DNA of 64,000 nt from the NCBI GenBank assembly GCA_051599415.1, contig AP039715.1:310001-374000 (forward strand), written 5' to 3'. Of the stretch, positions 23,258 to 34,544 are shown piece after piece. Each line of letters begins with the position of its first letter. Position 1 is the first letter of the stretch. The stretch is from Savitreella phatthalungensis (taxonomy: Eukaryota). The notes under the pieces were generated by a model. The model saw nothing but the letters and a program-made list of their open reading frames with translations. It did no database searches and was not told the DNA's origin. Position numbers and translations under genes: made by a program.

Positions 23258-26200
23258 CTATTGTGATGGCCTTACGGCGATTGGTGCTGGGATGGGTGGT
23301 GAGAGTTCTGGATGCTCGGCGATGGTCTGATTGAGGAGGGTTGGTTGGTCTGCAGCTTGGGCTGCCGTCAAACCTTTTCTGACTGCGAGGACTGAGTCGA
23401 CGATGACGGCATCGACACCAGCCTTGACTTGCGCATTGACGTTGTCGGGGTCGTTGTTGAGTACACCGTAGGAAACGCAGACGAGACCGGACTCCTTCAC
23501 GACCCTAACCAGCCGCGGACATAGGACCAGGGGCTCGCACGCGGAAACGATTCCGAGCAGGTTCCACCTGGACGCAAAGCGGATTGCTTCCTGCAGGGAG
23601 GACGACCGGACATCGCACATATAGGACGTGCCGGACTCTGTAAGGAAGAGGCAGGGGATAGAAGGTTGCTTGAGGGAGAGAAGGAGACAAATATCTGGGT
23701 GGAAGGAGGAGAAGATGATGTCACGACCATCACCATGGTCGTACACGCATCTAAGGACCGTGTCGACCCACTCATTGATCTCGATCGCTGTATGCTCCAT
23801 CTCTTCGTCCTCGGCTTCGTTCAGCATTGGATACTTGCACTCAATATTGAAGCCAACGCCTTTCGGCACCTTCCGGAAAACTTCCTTCAAGGTTGTAAAT
23901 GCATCCTGGACAGAGTGGCCGCGCTGATTGCCCTTGAAGCCCTTGAGTCGGAAGTCTCGCGTGTGTTTCATCCGCTCTATCCCATTCAAGAAGTCCTCTG
24001 ATGATACGGATCGTGATCGTCGTGGAGGACCAAAAGTCCGCGTCGACCCATCTGCTAGGACAGTGGCCTCCGGGGAACCGACCCTTGAGAGATGGGTGCT
24101 GCTGTTGCCACTGCCACTGCCATTCGGTCCACCAAGACCGTCAGTGTTACCGACAGCAGACATGAATTGTGCTAAGGTGAGTGAGTGTACTGGAGCATCT
24201 AGACCTGTCTGTGAGACGAGAAAGTCGTGGTACAGCACTGGAACAAGATCTTTTGTGAGCTGGACATCGAACTCGACGTAGCTTGCGCCGAGGTTGGCAG
24301 CTGCGACGAACGACTGAACGGTATTCTCACCGAGCTGCAGGGATTTGCGATCAGGGAAGTTCTTGCCGAGCCCGCGATGGCCAATGACTCGCGTTGTCAT
24401 CAGCGACTTCCAGTATGTTGACTCCTTCTCGATCGTCATGGCTTGGTGAGCGAACGGTGTCACCACACTGAATTCGAACTCGACTGTGCCGATGACACCC
24501 AATTGCTCACTCTCGACGATCGGCAGCGTGACTGCACCCCAGAGCGACGATCTATGGGAGCCCACCTTGGTCTTGATCGAGTTGAGAAGAGCGACGGCCC
24601 TGCCGAGTTTCTTGCTGCCTGAGGCTGCATAGGTCGGCACGATATCGAAGTAGAGTTGGACTTTTGATGGATCTTTTGCTGTGAAAAGGATAGGCTCTGT
24701 TGTAGGAGAATCGTTGAATGGGAGATCGAAGGTGGTAGCATCGCCGTCGGCGTGCTTGGCGGAGACGACGAGGGACAAGGCAGTGTCCAGTCTGGTGGTG
24801 CCAGCCTCCGCGATCGGCACTTTGTCGAGCTGGATGGCGTTCCTGCTCTGACGGGTGTCCGTCGAGCCGAGGGTGACGATGATCATACACTTGTCGCGCA
24901 GATAACGATGGCCGAATGAGCGGACTCCTGCATCGTTGTTCGCCACTGCCGAGCCAGCGTCTTCGAAAATGCCTCGCCAGCTCTGATCACGATGCAAAGT
25001 CGGTCGCGACATGCCCTCAAAGAAATTCGCTGGCCCTGGAGGCTTGCTCGGTTTTAGGATCTTGCCGCAGCGAATGTGACCGCGGAAGACTGCGTGCTCC
25101 ATCGCTGTCCAGCCAGACAGATCGACCTTGTCGAGACATTCCTGATTGCTCGCCTGAACAAGTCGCTCGAGAACTTCTTCGTGGCCCTCTACTGCTGCGA
25201 CGAACAACGGCGTCCATCCATACGTTTTCTCCGTCACAAGCAAATCTGCTGACTGCAACTCACGCTCTCGCAGTAGCTCCTCGATTGATGGTAGATTGCC
25301 TAGTCGTGCGGCATGGTGTAGACATGTCTCGCCTTCAGCATTTCGTGCGTTGATATCGAGTCCTGCATCGAGTAGAATCCGTATCAGCTCCGGAGCTCCG
25401 ACAGCGAGCATCAGTGCACTAGGTGCATTACGCTCGTTCGAGGTCACCTTGCGGAGCTCTATGTTGCGATGGTCCTGGAGATTCCGAGCATTTAAGAGAA
25501 CCCCGAGAGTGACTGGATATCTGTTCTTGACGGCGAGATGAACTGGTGTCAGACCGTCGATATCGGCATAGGCTGTCTGCTCCAGACACGCTTTATCTCC
25601 GAGCAGCTTCCATCGCTGCATGAATGCGACTAGAAGCTGAGAAGATACCTCTAGTCCGTACTCTGCGGCGTAGTGCAGTGGCAGTCGGCCTTGTGCGTCT
25701 GGCTGTGCGAGCGCAGGTCGCAGATTGTCTGGAAGCGTTTCGAGAAGGAACTTAAGCGGTCGGGGATCGTCTTCAGTCAGACTGTCCCGGGTGCGTGAGC
25801 CAAATTCGACTGCTGGCTTTCCCAGGGAGACATTGGACGGTGGCAAGGCTGGAGTGATGAACATGTCATCCGCCAGTGGTGACCCCTTTTCAGGTGCTGT
25901 GCCTTTGCTGATGCGCCGACCCTGAACGATGACTAGTTTGTGGATAAGATTGCGCCCGTTTATGTCGTTGACAAGAGTGAGCGAGGTCAAACGCTTGATG
26001 AGCGTCTTTGCAACTGCATTTGCGCGAGCGAGAATAGCCTGCTGGGCGAGGTTGAGCTCAATGGCGTTGGCAGGCTCGCTGCCGCGCTCTTCGATCAGCT
26101 TGAGTACTCCTGCGGCATCGTCATGCTCGATGAGCGACTCGAAAGCGTTTGCTTCGTTCTCTTCGAGGCCTAGATTGACCATGGCACGAACCCTGCGCGA

Positions 26201-26770
26201 GTTGTCCTCCTCAGAGCTAGCTGTCAGGGTCAAGTGTTTCAAGTCAGTCGGCACGAGCTGGGATAGCCACCGATTCACTTTCTGGAGGTCGGCCTCGACA
26301 CCGACCGGTCGAGCGAAGCCGAGGTGCTCGATGCGTTGCTTCAGGTATGTCTCTTTCACACAGATGTCAAGCTTCTTATCGAGCTTTTTGAGTATCTTGA
26401 CGACTCCCTGCTTGTTGACCTCGGAGAACCACATGAGTTTCTGCAGTGTGCCGCGGAGGTCGACTGTGGCTGCGACTAGTTCTTCCCATTCGTCCGAGGG
26501 CAAGTCGTGTTGTTTCTTAGAGTCCTTTGCCGACTTGTAGTGGGATTCCAGCTGTGTGAGCCTGCGTCGACCTTCATTAACTTTTCGGAGGAAGAAATCC
26601 TCAATGTCATCGACGTTAATGTCGAGTTCGTAGAAGAACGGCGTCAGATCAAGGCCCTGGTCTGCCTTAAGGGAGATATCCTTAATGATCTTCTTGAGGC
26701 CCTTGTAGTTGACATAGTGTGCAGCGAATTCGGGCACCTTGTTGCCGTTCAGATTCTTCCCGAACTTCAT
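23258..26770 (-). CDS. GDE1: Glycerophosphocholine phosphodiesterase (SPX + ankyrin + GDPD)
   Basis: MKFGK..YVNYKGLKK SPX start at 26770, KILKKLDK, ankyrin repeats, VIGHRGLGKN, EFDVQLTKD. Confidence 0.96.
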   Translation of the reverse strand: MKFGKNLNGNKVPEFAAHYVNYKGLKKIIKDISLKADQGLDLTPFFYELDINVDDIEDFFLRKVNEGRRRLTQLESHYKSAKDSKKQHDLPSDEWEELVAATVDLRGTLQKLMWFSEVNKQGVVKILKKLDKKLDICVKETYLKQRIEHLGFARPVGVEADLQKVNRWLSQLVPTDLKHLTLTASSEEDNSRRVRAMVNLGLEENEANAFESLIEHDDAAGVLKLIEERGSEPANAIELNLAQQAILARANAVAKTLIKRLTSLTLVNDINGRNLIHKLVIVQGRRISKGTAPEKGSPLADDMFITPALPPSNVSLGKPAVEFGSRTRDSLTEDDPRPLKFLLETLPDNLRPALAQPDAQGRLPLHYAAEYGLEVSSQLLVAFMQRWKLLGDKACLEQTAYADIDGLTPVHLAVKNRYPVTLGVLLNARNLQDHRNIELRKVTSNERNAPSALMLAVGAPELIRILLDAGLDINARNAEGETCLHHAARLGNLPSIEELLRERELQSADLLVTEKTYGWTPLFVAAVEGHEEVLERLVQASNQECLDKVDLSGWTAMEHAVFRGHIRCGKILKPSKPPGPANFFEGMSRPTLHRDQSWRGIFEDAGSAVANNDAGVRSFGHRYLRDKCMIIVTLGSTDTRQSRNAIQLDKVPIAEAGTTRLDTALSLVVSAKHADGDATTFDLPFNDSPTTEPILFTAKDPSKVQLYFDIVPTYAASGSKKLGRAVALLNSIKTKVGSHRSSLWGAVTLPIVESEQLGVIGTVEFEFSVVTPFAHQAMTIEKESTYWKSLMTTRVIGHRGLGKNFPDRKSLQLGENTVQSFVAAANLGASYVEFDVQLTKDLVPVLYHDFLVSQTGLDAPVHSLTLAQFMSAVGNTDGLGGPNGSGSGNSSTHLSRVGSPEATVLADGSTRTFGPPRRSRSVSSEDFLNGIERMKHTRDFRLKGFKGNQRGHSVQDAFTTLKEVFRKVPKGVGFNIECKYPMLNEAEDEEMEHTAIEINEWVDTVLRCVYDHGDGRDIIFSSFHPDICLLLSLKQPSIPCLFLTESGTSYMCDVRSSSLQEAIRFASRWNLLGIVSACEPLVLCPRLVRVVKESGLVCVSYGVLNNDPDNVNAQVKAGVDAVIVDSVLAVRKGLTAAQAADQPTLLNQTIAEHPELSPPIPAPIAVRPSQ

Positions 26771-27313
26771 GATGAGGAAAGAGTAAGAGAAGGCGTAGTG
26801 ATCGGATGGAACGGAATGTGGCTTCGTTCTTCTCTCGGGCAAATCTGTCAGTACCCGAGAAGCAAGACCTGATTTTGCGACGTCTTAAGTCACCTGTCTG
26901 ATGACTGCTAGAAATCCATGATGAGCTGTGGGAATGCGCACGCTAGAATCACATGCACCGATTGATGATTCTTCAAGGTCACTGTGAAGTTACGGGTCAG
27001 ATAATGCCAGAGATCAGGCGTTGAGGAGAGTGATGGTGAGTATACAGGTCGTGTTGATGATTGTTGAAGAGGTGGTACAAGTCAGTGTGTATATGTGCAT
27101 GTGCATGTGGTTGTGGATGTATGTGCATGTACGTGGATGATTGATCAGGTGGATGATTGATCAGGTGGAGTTAAATGTTTATGTATTGGTGCATGGTTCA
27201 AGTGATTGGATCTCATCGATCATTCAGAATAAGAACGATCATGCATTCAATTCAAAGGTTCTACTGCAACAGCAATTACAGCGGACACTGAAATACTGGC
27301 ATCACACCCAGAT

Positions 27314-27407
27314 CACGTGCTGGAATTTGCACTTTGAGCGGTCCGGGGTCACGTGTATTAGCACTGGAAATCAGTTCGTTTTAGAGTGATCGCAATCAGA
27401 TCACGTG
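27314..27407. promoter_or_regulatory. Cluster of three TCACGTG E-boxes upstream of GDE1
   Basis: CACGTG at 27314, 27350 and 27402, each preceded by T. Confidence 0.55.
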
Positions 27408-28761
27408 TACTCTGTTACGTTTCCTCATACCACATCCTATACTCATGCAGTGTACCAACCAGTCATTGTCAGGTTTCAAAGGCAGTGTCACTCGCTTCAG
27501 TCTTGTAACCAGCTTGTGGCAAGTCGCCATAGAACTGTTGAACTCATCACAAGTCAAAGCGGGATCAATCATGAAATGCACTCTCCAAAATGCGCTGCGG
27601 TGGCTGGTACTAGGAGGTGCTCTCCTGCCTTCGAAATAGTTTCACATCCAACTAATCCTCCACAGCATCTTCCCAAGCGCGGCTTTTGCATCTGAGGCAG
27701 ATCAAACAACCATAACCAGTGCTACGATGTCATTGACTTAGCTCTCTCACCACTAGCCTTGTCCGTCCACCTCAGCTATACCTTCTAAACGTTGAATGTC
27801 CCGGTGCAGACGTCCACCATCAAACTGATGCTCGGATCGTCTCTTCATTCATTCATTCAACCGACTATTCATCCAAGCGAGACGGAAACACATCCTCTAT
27901 ACAATTCAACGGCGTATGCGTGCATAGCCTTTGTCCTCTTCTCTTTCGGTATCAAAGGTATTGACACAACGGCTGATGGAGGTAACGCCTGCCTGATTCG
28001 GCCAATTTCAAAGACTCCTTACCTACTGATCTTATAATCCACAGAAGGTCAAAACTCTAAATCGAAAACCCACACCTGTTTCAGTACAATGACATGCCGG
28101 TAAGCCACAAAAACAACCAAACAATCACGTTTGAAGCCTTTTGCGGTATGCCCATAAAAAACCCACGGGAGCTACCCGCCTTTGACCTTTCCCTAACCAG
28201 TTACGTTTCTGTACACCTGCCGAACTACACCCTGTAAGTCTCCGCACCTGGTAAGGCGAAGCTCGATTTCTCGACGGTCTACCTCCTCGCTTTGGGTTTG
28301 ACGCTGCCGCTGGTGGTCCGTTGACGTCGAAAAGTCTCCTGACCTTAACGGGAACTTTATCACCCAGGGGCCACTGGCGCGTGTTTTCTCTCGCCTGGAG
28401 AGTCCTCGCGTGGGGCTCTGTGCGCGCACACACACCCATCCATACGGCCTCTCCCACCACGTCGGATCACCCCTCGCTCGATTGTCGTGCTCGGTCATGG
28501 GTCGACGACGAAACGGTCGTACAGGGACGGACGAGCCTGCCGTTTGCCGCGGCCCCTACCGATGCTGCGGCGAACGAGGTCGACGGTCTTGCCTATGATA
28601 TAACACGTCCACCTCGCCCTGTCACTCTCATCATCCTTCGACTTCTTGTCTTCACCACTTTCTTTCTCGTCCTTGCGACCTGGTCCGTTTCACCACACTC
28701 CTTTATACACCCTCATTTTAGAGTCCTTGAAACTTCTACATCCGCCATCGCCTCCGTCACA

Positions 28762-30726
28762 ATGAAGCAGCAACGGACAGGCTCGCTTGCCGCCGGCGCA
28801 GCCCTTCTCATGTCTGCCACCCACGCCTTTTCTGCCTCGTCCACGGACAACGTCGTCCTCTACTGGGGTCAGAACTCCGCGGGTTCCCAGCAGCGCCTGT
28901 CGACGTACTGCCAGGACGCGACGACGGATATCATCCCCATCTCCTTCCTGACGACGTTCGGTGCGGGCACATACGACATCAATTTCGCCAACGCTTGTGG
29001 TGGGACGCCGATCGCTGGCTCTTCCCTGATCGCATGCGACCAGATCGCAGCTGACATCAAGACATGTCAGGCCGCTGGCAAAAAGATCCTGCTGTCGATG
29101 GGCGGCGCTGCTGGCTCTTACGGTTTCGGATCTGCTGCGAGTGCTACGCAGGCTGCTGACGACCTGTGGAATTACTTCGGCGGCGGTAGCTCTAGCATCC
29201 GGCCGTTTGGGGACGCTCAGGTTGATGGATTTGACCTCGACATTGAGAACAACAACCCGAACTACTACCCCGAGTTCATTGCTCAGATGCGGTCTCACTA
29301 CGCCTCCCAGTCTGCCAAGACGTACTACATCGCAGGTGCTCCCCAGTGCCCGTATCCGGACGCCTCTCTCGCAACCGCCCTCGCAAACAGCTACTTCGAC
29401 TTCCTCTTCATCCAGTTCTACAACAACTACTGCGGCATCAACACCTACGTCCCTGGCACCTCCACCAACTTCAACTACGGCACCTGGGACAACTGGGCAA
29501 AGACTGTGTCTGCGAACAAGAACGTGAGGTTGTACTTGGGCGTTGCCGCTGCGACGGGTGCTGCGAATGCCGGCAGCTACGTGAGTCCTTCTGTGATGGC
29601 TGCTGCTGCTCAGGAGCTCAAGAAGAACTACGGTTCGACGTTTGGCGGTGTGATGATGTGGGATGCGTCTCAGGCGTACGCCAACACGCCTTCGTGGAAT
29701 GGTCAGTCGAGCCTGAACTACGCTCAGATCGCCAAGGCCGCACTCACCGGCTCAACCCCTCAATCTAACCCAACCACCCCGGCCACTTCATCAACCACCT
29801 CAACACCCCCAATCGCCCTCGTCACCCCAACCACCTCAACCACTCCGATCGCAGTCGTCACACCCACCACCTCAACAACCCCAGTCGCCGTAGTTACACC
29901 GCCTGTCACGTCGACTTCGGCATCGAGCGGGTGTGCGGCGCCCGTGTACACGGTTGTTGCTGGTGACTACTGCAACTTGATTTTGAGCAAGACTGGATCA
30001 GTTTTTACGCTTGATGGATTGTACGGTGCGAATCCGTCAATCAACAGCGGATGCACGAACTTGCAGGTTGGCCAGGTGGTGGTTGTGGGTCCTGTGCCGA
30101 GCTCTTGTGTGACGACGACGAGCACGACCGTCGTTCCGACGACGACCTCTACCCCCGTCGCTCTAACAACAACAACGCCAGCTGGACCATCCCCATCCAC
30201 AACTACCTGCACCTACACGGTTGTGCCAGGAGACACGTGCAACGTCATCCTTTCCAAGACAGGCAACCAAGTCTCGCTCGATGCGTTCTACAAGCTCAAT
30301 CCTGCGGTCAACAGCGGATGCACGAACTTGCAGGTGGGTCAGGTGGTGATTGTGTCTAGCGGGAGTGGCTGTGCTGCTGCTGCGACGACGACGGCGACCG
30401 GTCCTACGGGTGTGGCTGCGCCGCCTGCGTCGACGTCGCTCGCAGGGACGTGTCCTGTGGCTGGTGCGGGCTGCGCTGATGGCAGCTACGCGTGCGCTGG
30501 ATATGGGTTTGCGCAGTGCGTGTTTGGGAAGTGGGTGATGAGGGACTGCGGCGCAGGGACGGCATGCAGGTCCGCTGGCACAAATAACGTCTACTGCGAC
30601 TTTATCCCACAGGGCGCAACCGTCGCATGCACCGGCATCCAGTCCTCGTCCACAGCAGCCAAGCTCAAGCGAGCTCTCCCTGGATCTCACAGAGCAGGTC
30701 GCCGAGCCAGATCTATCCACCACTGA
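28762..30726 (+). CDS. Secreted GH18 chitinase (Cts1/class III type) + Thr/Pro linker + 2 LysM + Cys-rich CBM19-like domain
   Basis: Signal peptide after ATG 28762, YWGQNS, catalytic DGFDLDIE, APQCPYPD, FIQFYNN; two YTVV.GD.C..NLQVGQ repeats; C..G.YAC..FAQC..GKWV..C..GT.C. Confidence 0.92.
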   Translation: MKQQRTGSLAAGAALLMSATHAFSASSTDNVVLYWGQNSAGSQQRLSTYCQDATTDIIPISFLTTFGAGTYDINFANACGGTPIAGSSLIACDQIAADIKTCQAAGKKILLSMGGAAGSYGFGSAASATQAADDLWNYFGGGSSSIRPFGDAQVDGFDLDIENNNPNYYPEFIAQMRSHYASQSAKTYYIAGAPQCPYPDASLATALANSYFDFLFIQFYNNYCGINTYVPGTSTNFNYGTWDNWAKTVSANKNVRLYLGVAAATGAANAGSYVSPSVMAAAAQELKKNYGSTFGGVMMWDASQAYANTPSWNGQSSLNYAQIAKAALTGSTPQSNPTTPATSSTTSTPPIALVTPTTSTTPIAVVTPTTSTTPVAVVTPPVTSTSASSGCAAPVYTVVAGDYCNLILSKTGSVFTLDGLYGANPSINSGCTNLQVGQVVVVGPVPSSCVTTTSTTVVPTTTSTPVALTTTTPAGPSPSTTTCTYTVVPGDTCNVILSKTGNQVSLDAFYKLNPAVNSGCTNLQVGQVVIVSSGSGCAAAATTTATGPTGVAAPPASTSLAGTCPVAGAGCADGSYACAGYGFAQCVFGKWVMRDCGAGTACRSAGTNNVYCDFIPQGATVACTGIQSSSTAAKLKRALPGSHRAGRRARSIHH

Positions 30727-30832
30727 TAGCCACCTGAGCTTCGCCTCCGGCCGTAGTGAGGTGTGTATATATCTGTGCTCTTTCCCAGATGCAAAATTAA
30801 TAATGTCTGTCGTTGCGACTGCGAGGACGATG

Positions 30833-31645
30833 TCAATCCTGATCGCGATCGAGGAAGGATGCGTCGTTTGCGAGCTTGTTTGAGAACTTTGAATGCCACT
30901 CCTGGAATGCCTGTTTTTGATTGTCAGTCTTGCCGATGCTCGGGCGGGGGAACGAGTGACGTACGCGCAGCGGGACAAATTGTTCTGTTGGCGTGATGGC
31001 CGAGGCGTCGACGGCGTAGCCCATCAGGAAATTGTAGAGGTTCTTGACGATGCGCGTTGTCAGCTCGCCTGCAGAAGGTGTGGGTCTGCCAACGGCCGTG
31101 CCTGCACCTGCACCGGCAGCAGTGCTGTTCTTGAGCGTTGTCACCTGAGCATCCACAGCACCAATCGGCTCAACCGAGATACCCAAACCAGCAGTAATCC
31201 CAGCACCACCGCCAGCCGTCATCCCGCCGAGTTTGAAGATCGCAGAAGGCTTTGCGTTCGAGAGACTAGCCCGGAGTCAGTATCACTGAGCGTGGATCCA
31301 AGTAGGGACGGCGCGAGGACATACCCGCCAAGCAGCTGGAATGGTTTTCCTGGCCAGGAGAAATACACGGTCGCGCCATACCCATCTGGAAACGGAGCTA
31401 GAGAGATGAGTCAGTCGGAAGCTCGGGAAAGTGTGAGCGAAGAGCGGTAGATGGGGGACTTTACTGTCCGGAAGGAGGAAGACGGTGATGTGGTTGATGG
31501 ACGCCGCTTCCTGGAGTTCAAACACGAATTTGGTCGGCTCGATCTGTTGCAGGTTTGTCTGGACTACGATGACATGTCAGTGGACAGAGACTCGACAGAA
31601 TAAGGAGGTTGTACCTGCTCTGCCAGCGACAATGGCTCCAAACAT
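30833..31645 (-). CDS. OPI10: Hikeshi/Opi10 (Hsp70 nuclear import carrier), 5 exons
   Basis: Spliced translation MFGAIVAGRA/VQT..INHITVFLLPD/TPFPDGYGATVYFSWP..LLG/GLSNAKPSAIFKL..LGISVEP..NLYNFLMGY; introns 31614-31564, 31464-31398 and two more with GT-AG and CTGAC. Confidence 0.9.
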
Positions 31646-32217
31646 GCTGCAGATGAATGCTTTGATAGGGGGGATGTATGTTGTCGTCTATTTTTAGCTA
31701 CGTCACCCGCTGTAAACCGGAATTCACGTGATTCTCCGAGCAATGATTATTGTGCATTCTTCTGAGAATACACGTGTGTGAATACTGAGCTCTGTATAAC
31801 GATCGAGCTTTGAACGAATTGAGTCAGTCAATGCACGGACAATTAATTTTGTACTCGAAACCCAATCAACGTCATTCAATCCACTTAGGGGTTCTTTGAA
31901 TACCAGATTTTCCAATTCTTCTACTGGATTTCAGCCCTCGTAGATAGATTGGTTGATGAATTCTCCGTGCAGATGGCTACTATTTTTAGATCCTCGTTTA
32001 AACTAGTCTAGCTGTGCTGTGTTGGAGGGACGAGGAGCGCAGCATGGTGCAAAGTGCACGGGATACACGCATGGACCGAGCGTTTGCGGAGCCCTTTCGA
32101 CATCACCTGGGCTCTCTGACCGAGCGTCCTCCGATACGGTGGGTGCACGCGTGTTTGAGAAGCCATTGTAAACTGTGCTCCACCGGTGGAGTGTGTGTGT
32201 GTCTGCTACAGGACGTG

Positions 32218-33163
32218 ATGATGGATCGGCCTGGTCGTCGGTTTCGTGACATGTCACGGCGTCCGCAGTCGCCTGTGAGCTGGACACGTTTGCGCCTGCT
32301 CGTTCTGGCGGCCGGTGTGACGGTGCTGCTGGTGCTGAGTGTGTTCGGGCGTGGGAATGGGTTCGAGGATGCGAGCGATGCCGGTGGACGCGTCGGTAGA
32401 GTTTCTCGGGCAGCACACTTCGACACAGCCAACCTGAGAGAATACCCGCTCGATCGAGTCTTCACGCTCTCCCAAACACCCACATCCTCCAATTCCGATC
32501 ACCAGCAATCACCAATCCCCGAACCACCGCAGAAGCAGATAGCACCACCAGAACCGCAGGCACCAAATCGTCCGCGCACATTCACGGAGATCCTGATGGC
32601 AGTCATGGTACCTGAGCGTGGTGGTCGAAATGGGAATTTGGTGCTTCGGGATTGGGGCAACTGGCAAATCTCATCCGGTGTGGGAGGTGAGGCGCTGGAG
32701 GAAGCGATGGCGGCTGTGAATGTGATGGGGTGGGTCGGCGAGCGGGTGGAGGAGACTGATCCGTGGAAGCTGGTGGTGCTTGGAGCGATGGCGGAAGAGG
32801 CTAGGGAGATTGAAGGGCTGTTCGATGGGTTGCTGGAGACGGCGCCACTGGACGACAGCACGTGAGTCAAGTTCCAAACATCTCATGTGATCAACCACTG
32901 ACATCTACAGGCTCGATGCGCTTGAGGTAGGCAGGGGCAAAAATGCTGTCCTGCATCTGTACGCGGCTTCTGTCTGTGCACAGATACAGCTGCGCATGGA
33001 TATTGATATGGTGGTGCAGGTCGAGGCCGAGATAGGTCTGCCGAACAGACTTGCTCAGCTCGCGCTGGACGATATCAACGCGCAACTCATCACTGCCGTG
33101 CAACGAGATCGAGAACGTGGGGGCAAACGCTCACTCGCCGTGTATCACGGCACTCACGTATGA
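32218..33163 (+). CDS. Hypothetical type II membrane protein, 2 exons (intron 32862-32910)
   Basis: Basic N-terminus then hydrophobic LLVLAAGVTVLLVLSVFG; GTGAGT donor, CTGAC branch, CAG acceptor; frame continues to TGA at 33163. Confidence 0.65.
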
Positions 33164-33281
33164 ACACGAAGAAACGATAAATCAAGAATGAATGAAATGC
33201 CACGCCGTCGCTATGGGGGAGGAAAGTAAAGTAGTGAAAAAGGACCAGATCAAGGGAGTCCTTGTTTGTTGTTGTTGTTGT

Positions 33282-34544
33282 TTACAAGAGAAGTGATAAT
33301 GGGTTGTCAGGCCTGACGAGCTCGCATCCGTGCCTCCGTGGCGAAAAATCGGGAGTTGTGGAATTGGATGAGTCCGGGTCAGCCTGATTCTCGATCAGTT
33401 CTTTTCGTCGCATGCGCAGCGTCATTCGAGCTCGACGTTTCCTCCGTACGTGGGCAAGCGGCGTTCCGCCAGCCAGAAAGTCTTGTACATTGGCGTCGTC
33501 CACCGCTGCTGCGATCGGCGTCGCGACACGGATCAATGCATCGAAATGATCGAGGGCCGACCGTTCAGCACTGTTGATCGACATCTGCAGCGGTGTATGA
33601 ACAGGAGGCATTGTAGCAGATGTCGGCAAGCTCTCATTCGAGGTGCTAGGTGTCACGTAGCGCGAGGCTGCAGGAGTGGTAGAGTAAACACTGGCGGAGT
33701 CACCTGTTCCAGGTGAAGTGCTGCGTAAAAAAGCACTGAGCTTAGCGTCATCAAGAGGATCGTCGTTCTCGTCTCCCTTGTCAGAATCATTGCGGTGCTC
33801 ATGTCCCCAAAGGTCTCTGGCAAATTCGTGTCGTCGTGGCACAGACCGTGGAAGATTGTACTCCGTGTCCATCGACACCCAGGGCGGTGGCACACGGACG
33901 TGCTGGTGAATGCCGACGAGGAGCGATGAGCGACTCCGCTGACTGTGACTCGACTTGGAAGACGTGGTTGCAGAAGGCGCTCCCAACGATGCAGCAAAGC
34001 TATCGTTCAGTATGCCGCTTTCGACACTCTCGACGAGCGGTCGCCTGCATTTGACCTCGTCACGCCTGACAGGAACGATGTACTGCTCTGGGGCGTGTGT
34101 CAGCTGGTGTTCGTGCTTGGCAAAGTGAGCAATAAGCAAGTCGGAATGATTGCGGTGAGAAGATAGGAGGAGGTCATCATCGCTTGTGTTGGGAGAGATG
34201 CAACTGGGTGCGGCAAAGATCCGTCTGACAATGTCTGGCAAGCGTAGAGCGTTATCAGAGGGGAATTCATACTGAGCCAGTTGTTCATTGATATGGTCTG
34301 CTCTTTGTAGCGTTGGCAGGACATGACGAACAGGTCGTGGGCGCTCCTGGACTTCTCGCGAGTGAGTGGCGCAATCTGGTATACATTCTTCGGACGTCTC
34401 ACTGTCAGTAAAGTAAAGAAGATCAAGGTCCAAGGTACGGTTGACTGTATCGACAAGATCAAGCGCCCATACTGCTGCTGTAGTAGAGCTACCGGCACGG
34501 GGCAAGCTAGCTGGTGGCGCAATTGACAAGAGGGCGGAAGACAT
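33282..34544 (-). CDS. Hypothetical Ser/Pro-rich protein (~420 aa) with basic NLS-like patch
   Basis: Long ORF with no gene on the opposite strand; first ATG at 34544; RRKRRAR near the C-terminus; no family recognised. Confidence 0.6.
   Translation of the reverse strand: MSSALLSIAPPASLPRAGSSTTAAVWALDLVDTVNRTLDLDLLYFTDSETSEECIPDCATHSREVQERPRPVRHVLPTLQRADHINEQLAQYEFPSDNALRLPDIVRRIFAAPSCISPNTSDDDLLLSSHRNHSDLLIAHFAKHEHQLTHAPEQYIVPVRRDEVKCRRPLVESVESGILNDSFAASLGAPSATTSSKSSHSQRSRSSLLVGIHQHVRVPPPWVSMDTEYNLPRSVPRRHEFARDLWGHEHRNDSDKGDENDDPLDDAKLSAFLRSTSPGTGDSASVYSTTPAASRYVTPSTSNESLPTSATMPPVHTPLQMSINSAERSALDHFDALIRVATPIAAAVDDANVQDFLAGGTPLAHVRRKRRARMTLRMRRKELIENQADPDSSNSTTPDFSPRRHGCELVRPDNPLSLLL

Noticed and set aside
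28191..28198. CCCTAACC as a possible telomerase RNA template
   Set aside because: It is only 8 nt, expected by chance, with no supporting structure identified.
28321..28761. N-terminal extension of the chitinase ORF
   Set aside because: It starts at TTG, and the signal peptide follows ATG 28762, so this is likely promoter or 5' UTR.
33282..34544. Weak resemblance of the N-terminus (AAVWAL) to Rad21/Rec8 kleisins
   Set aside because: No other kleisin N-terminal or winged-helix motifs are visible.
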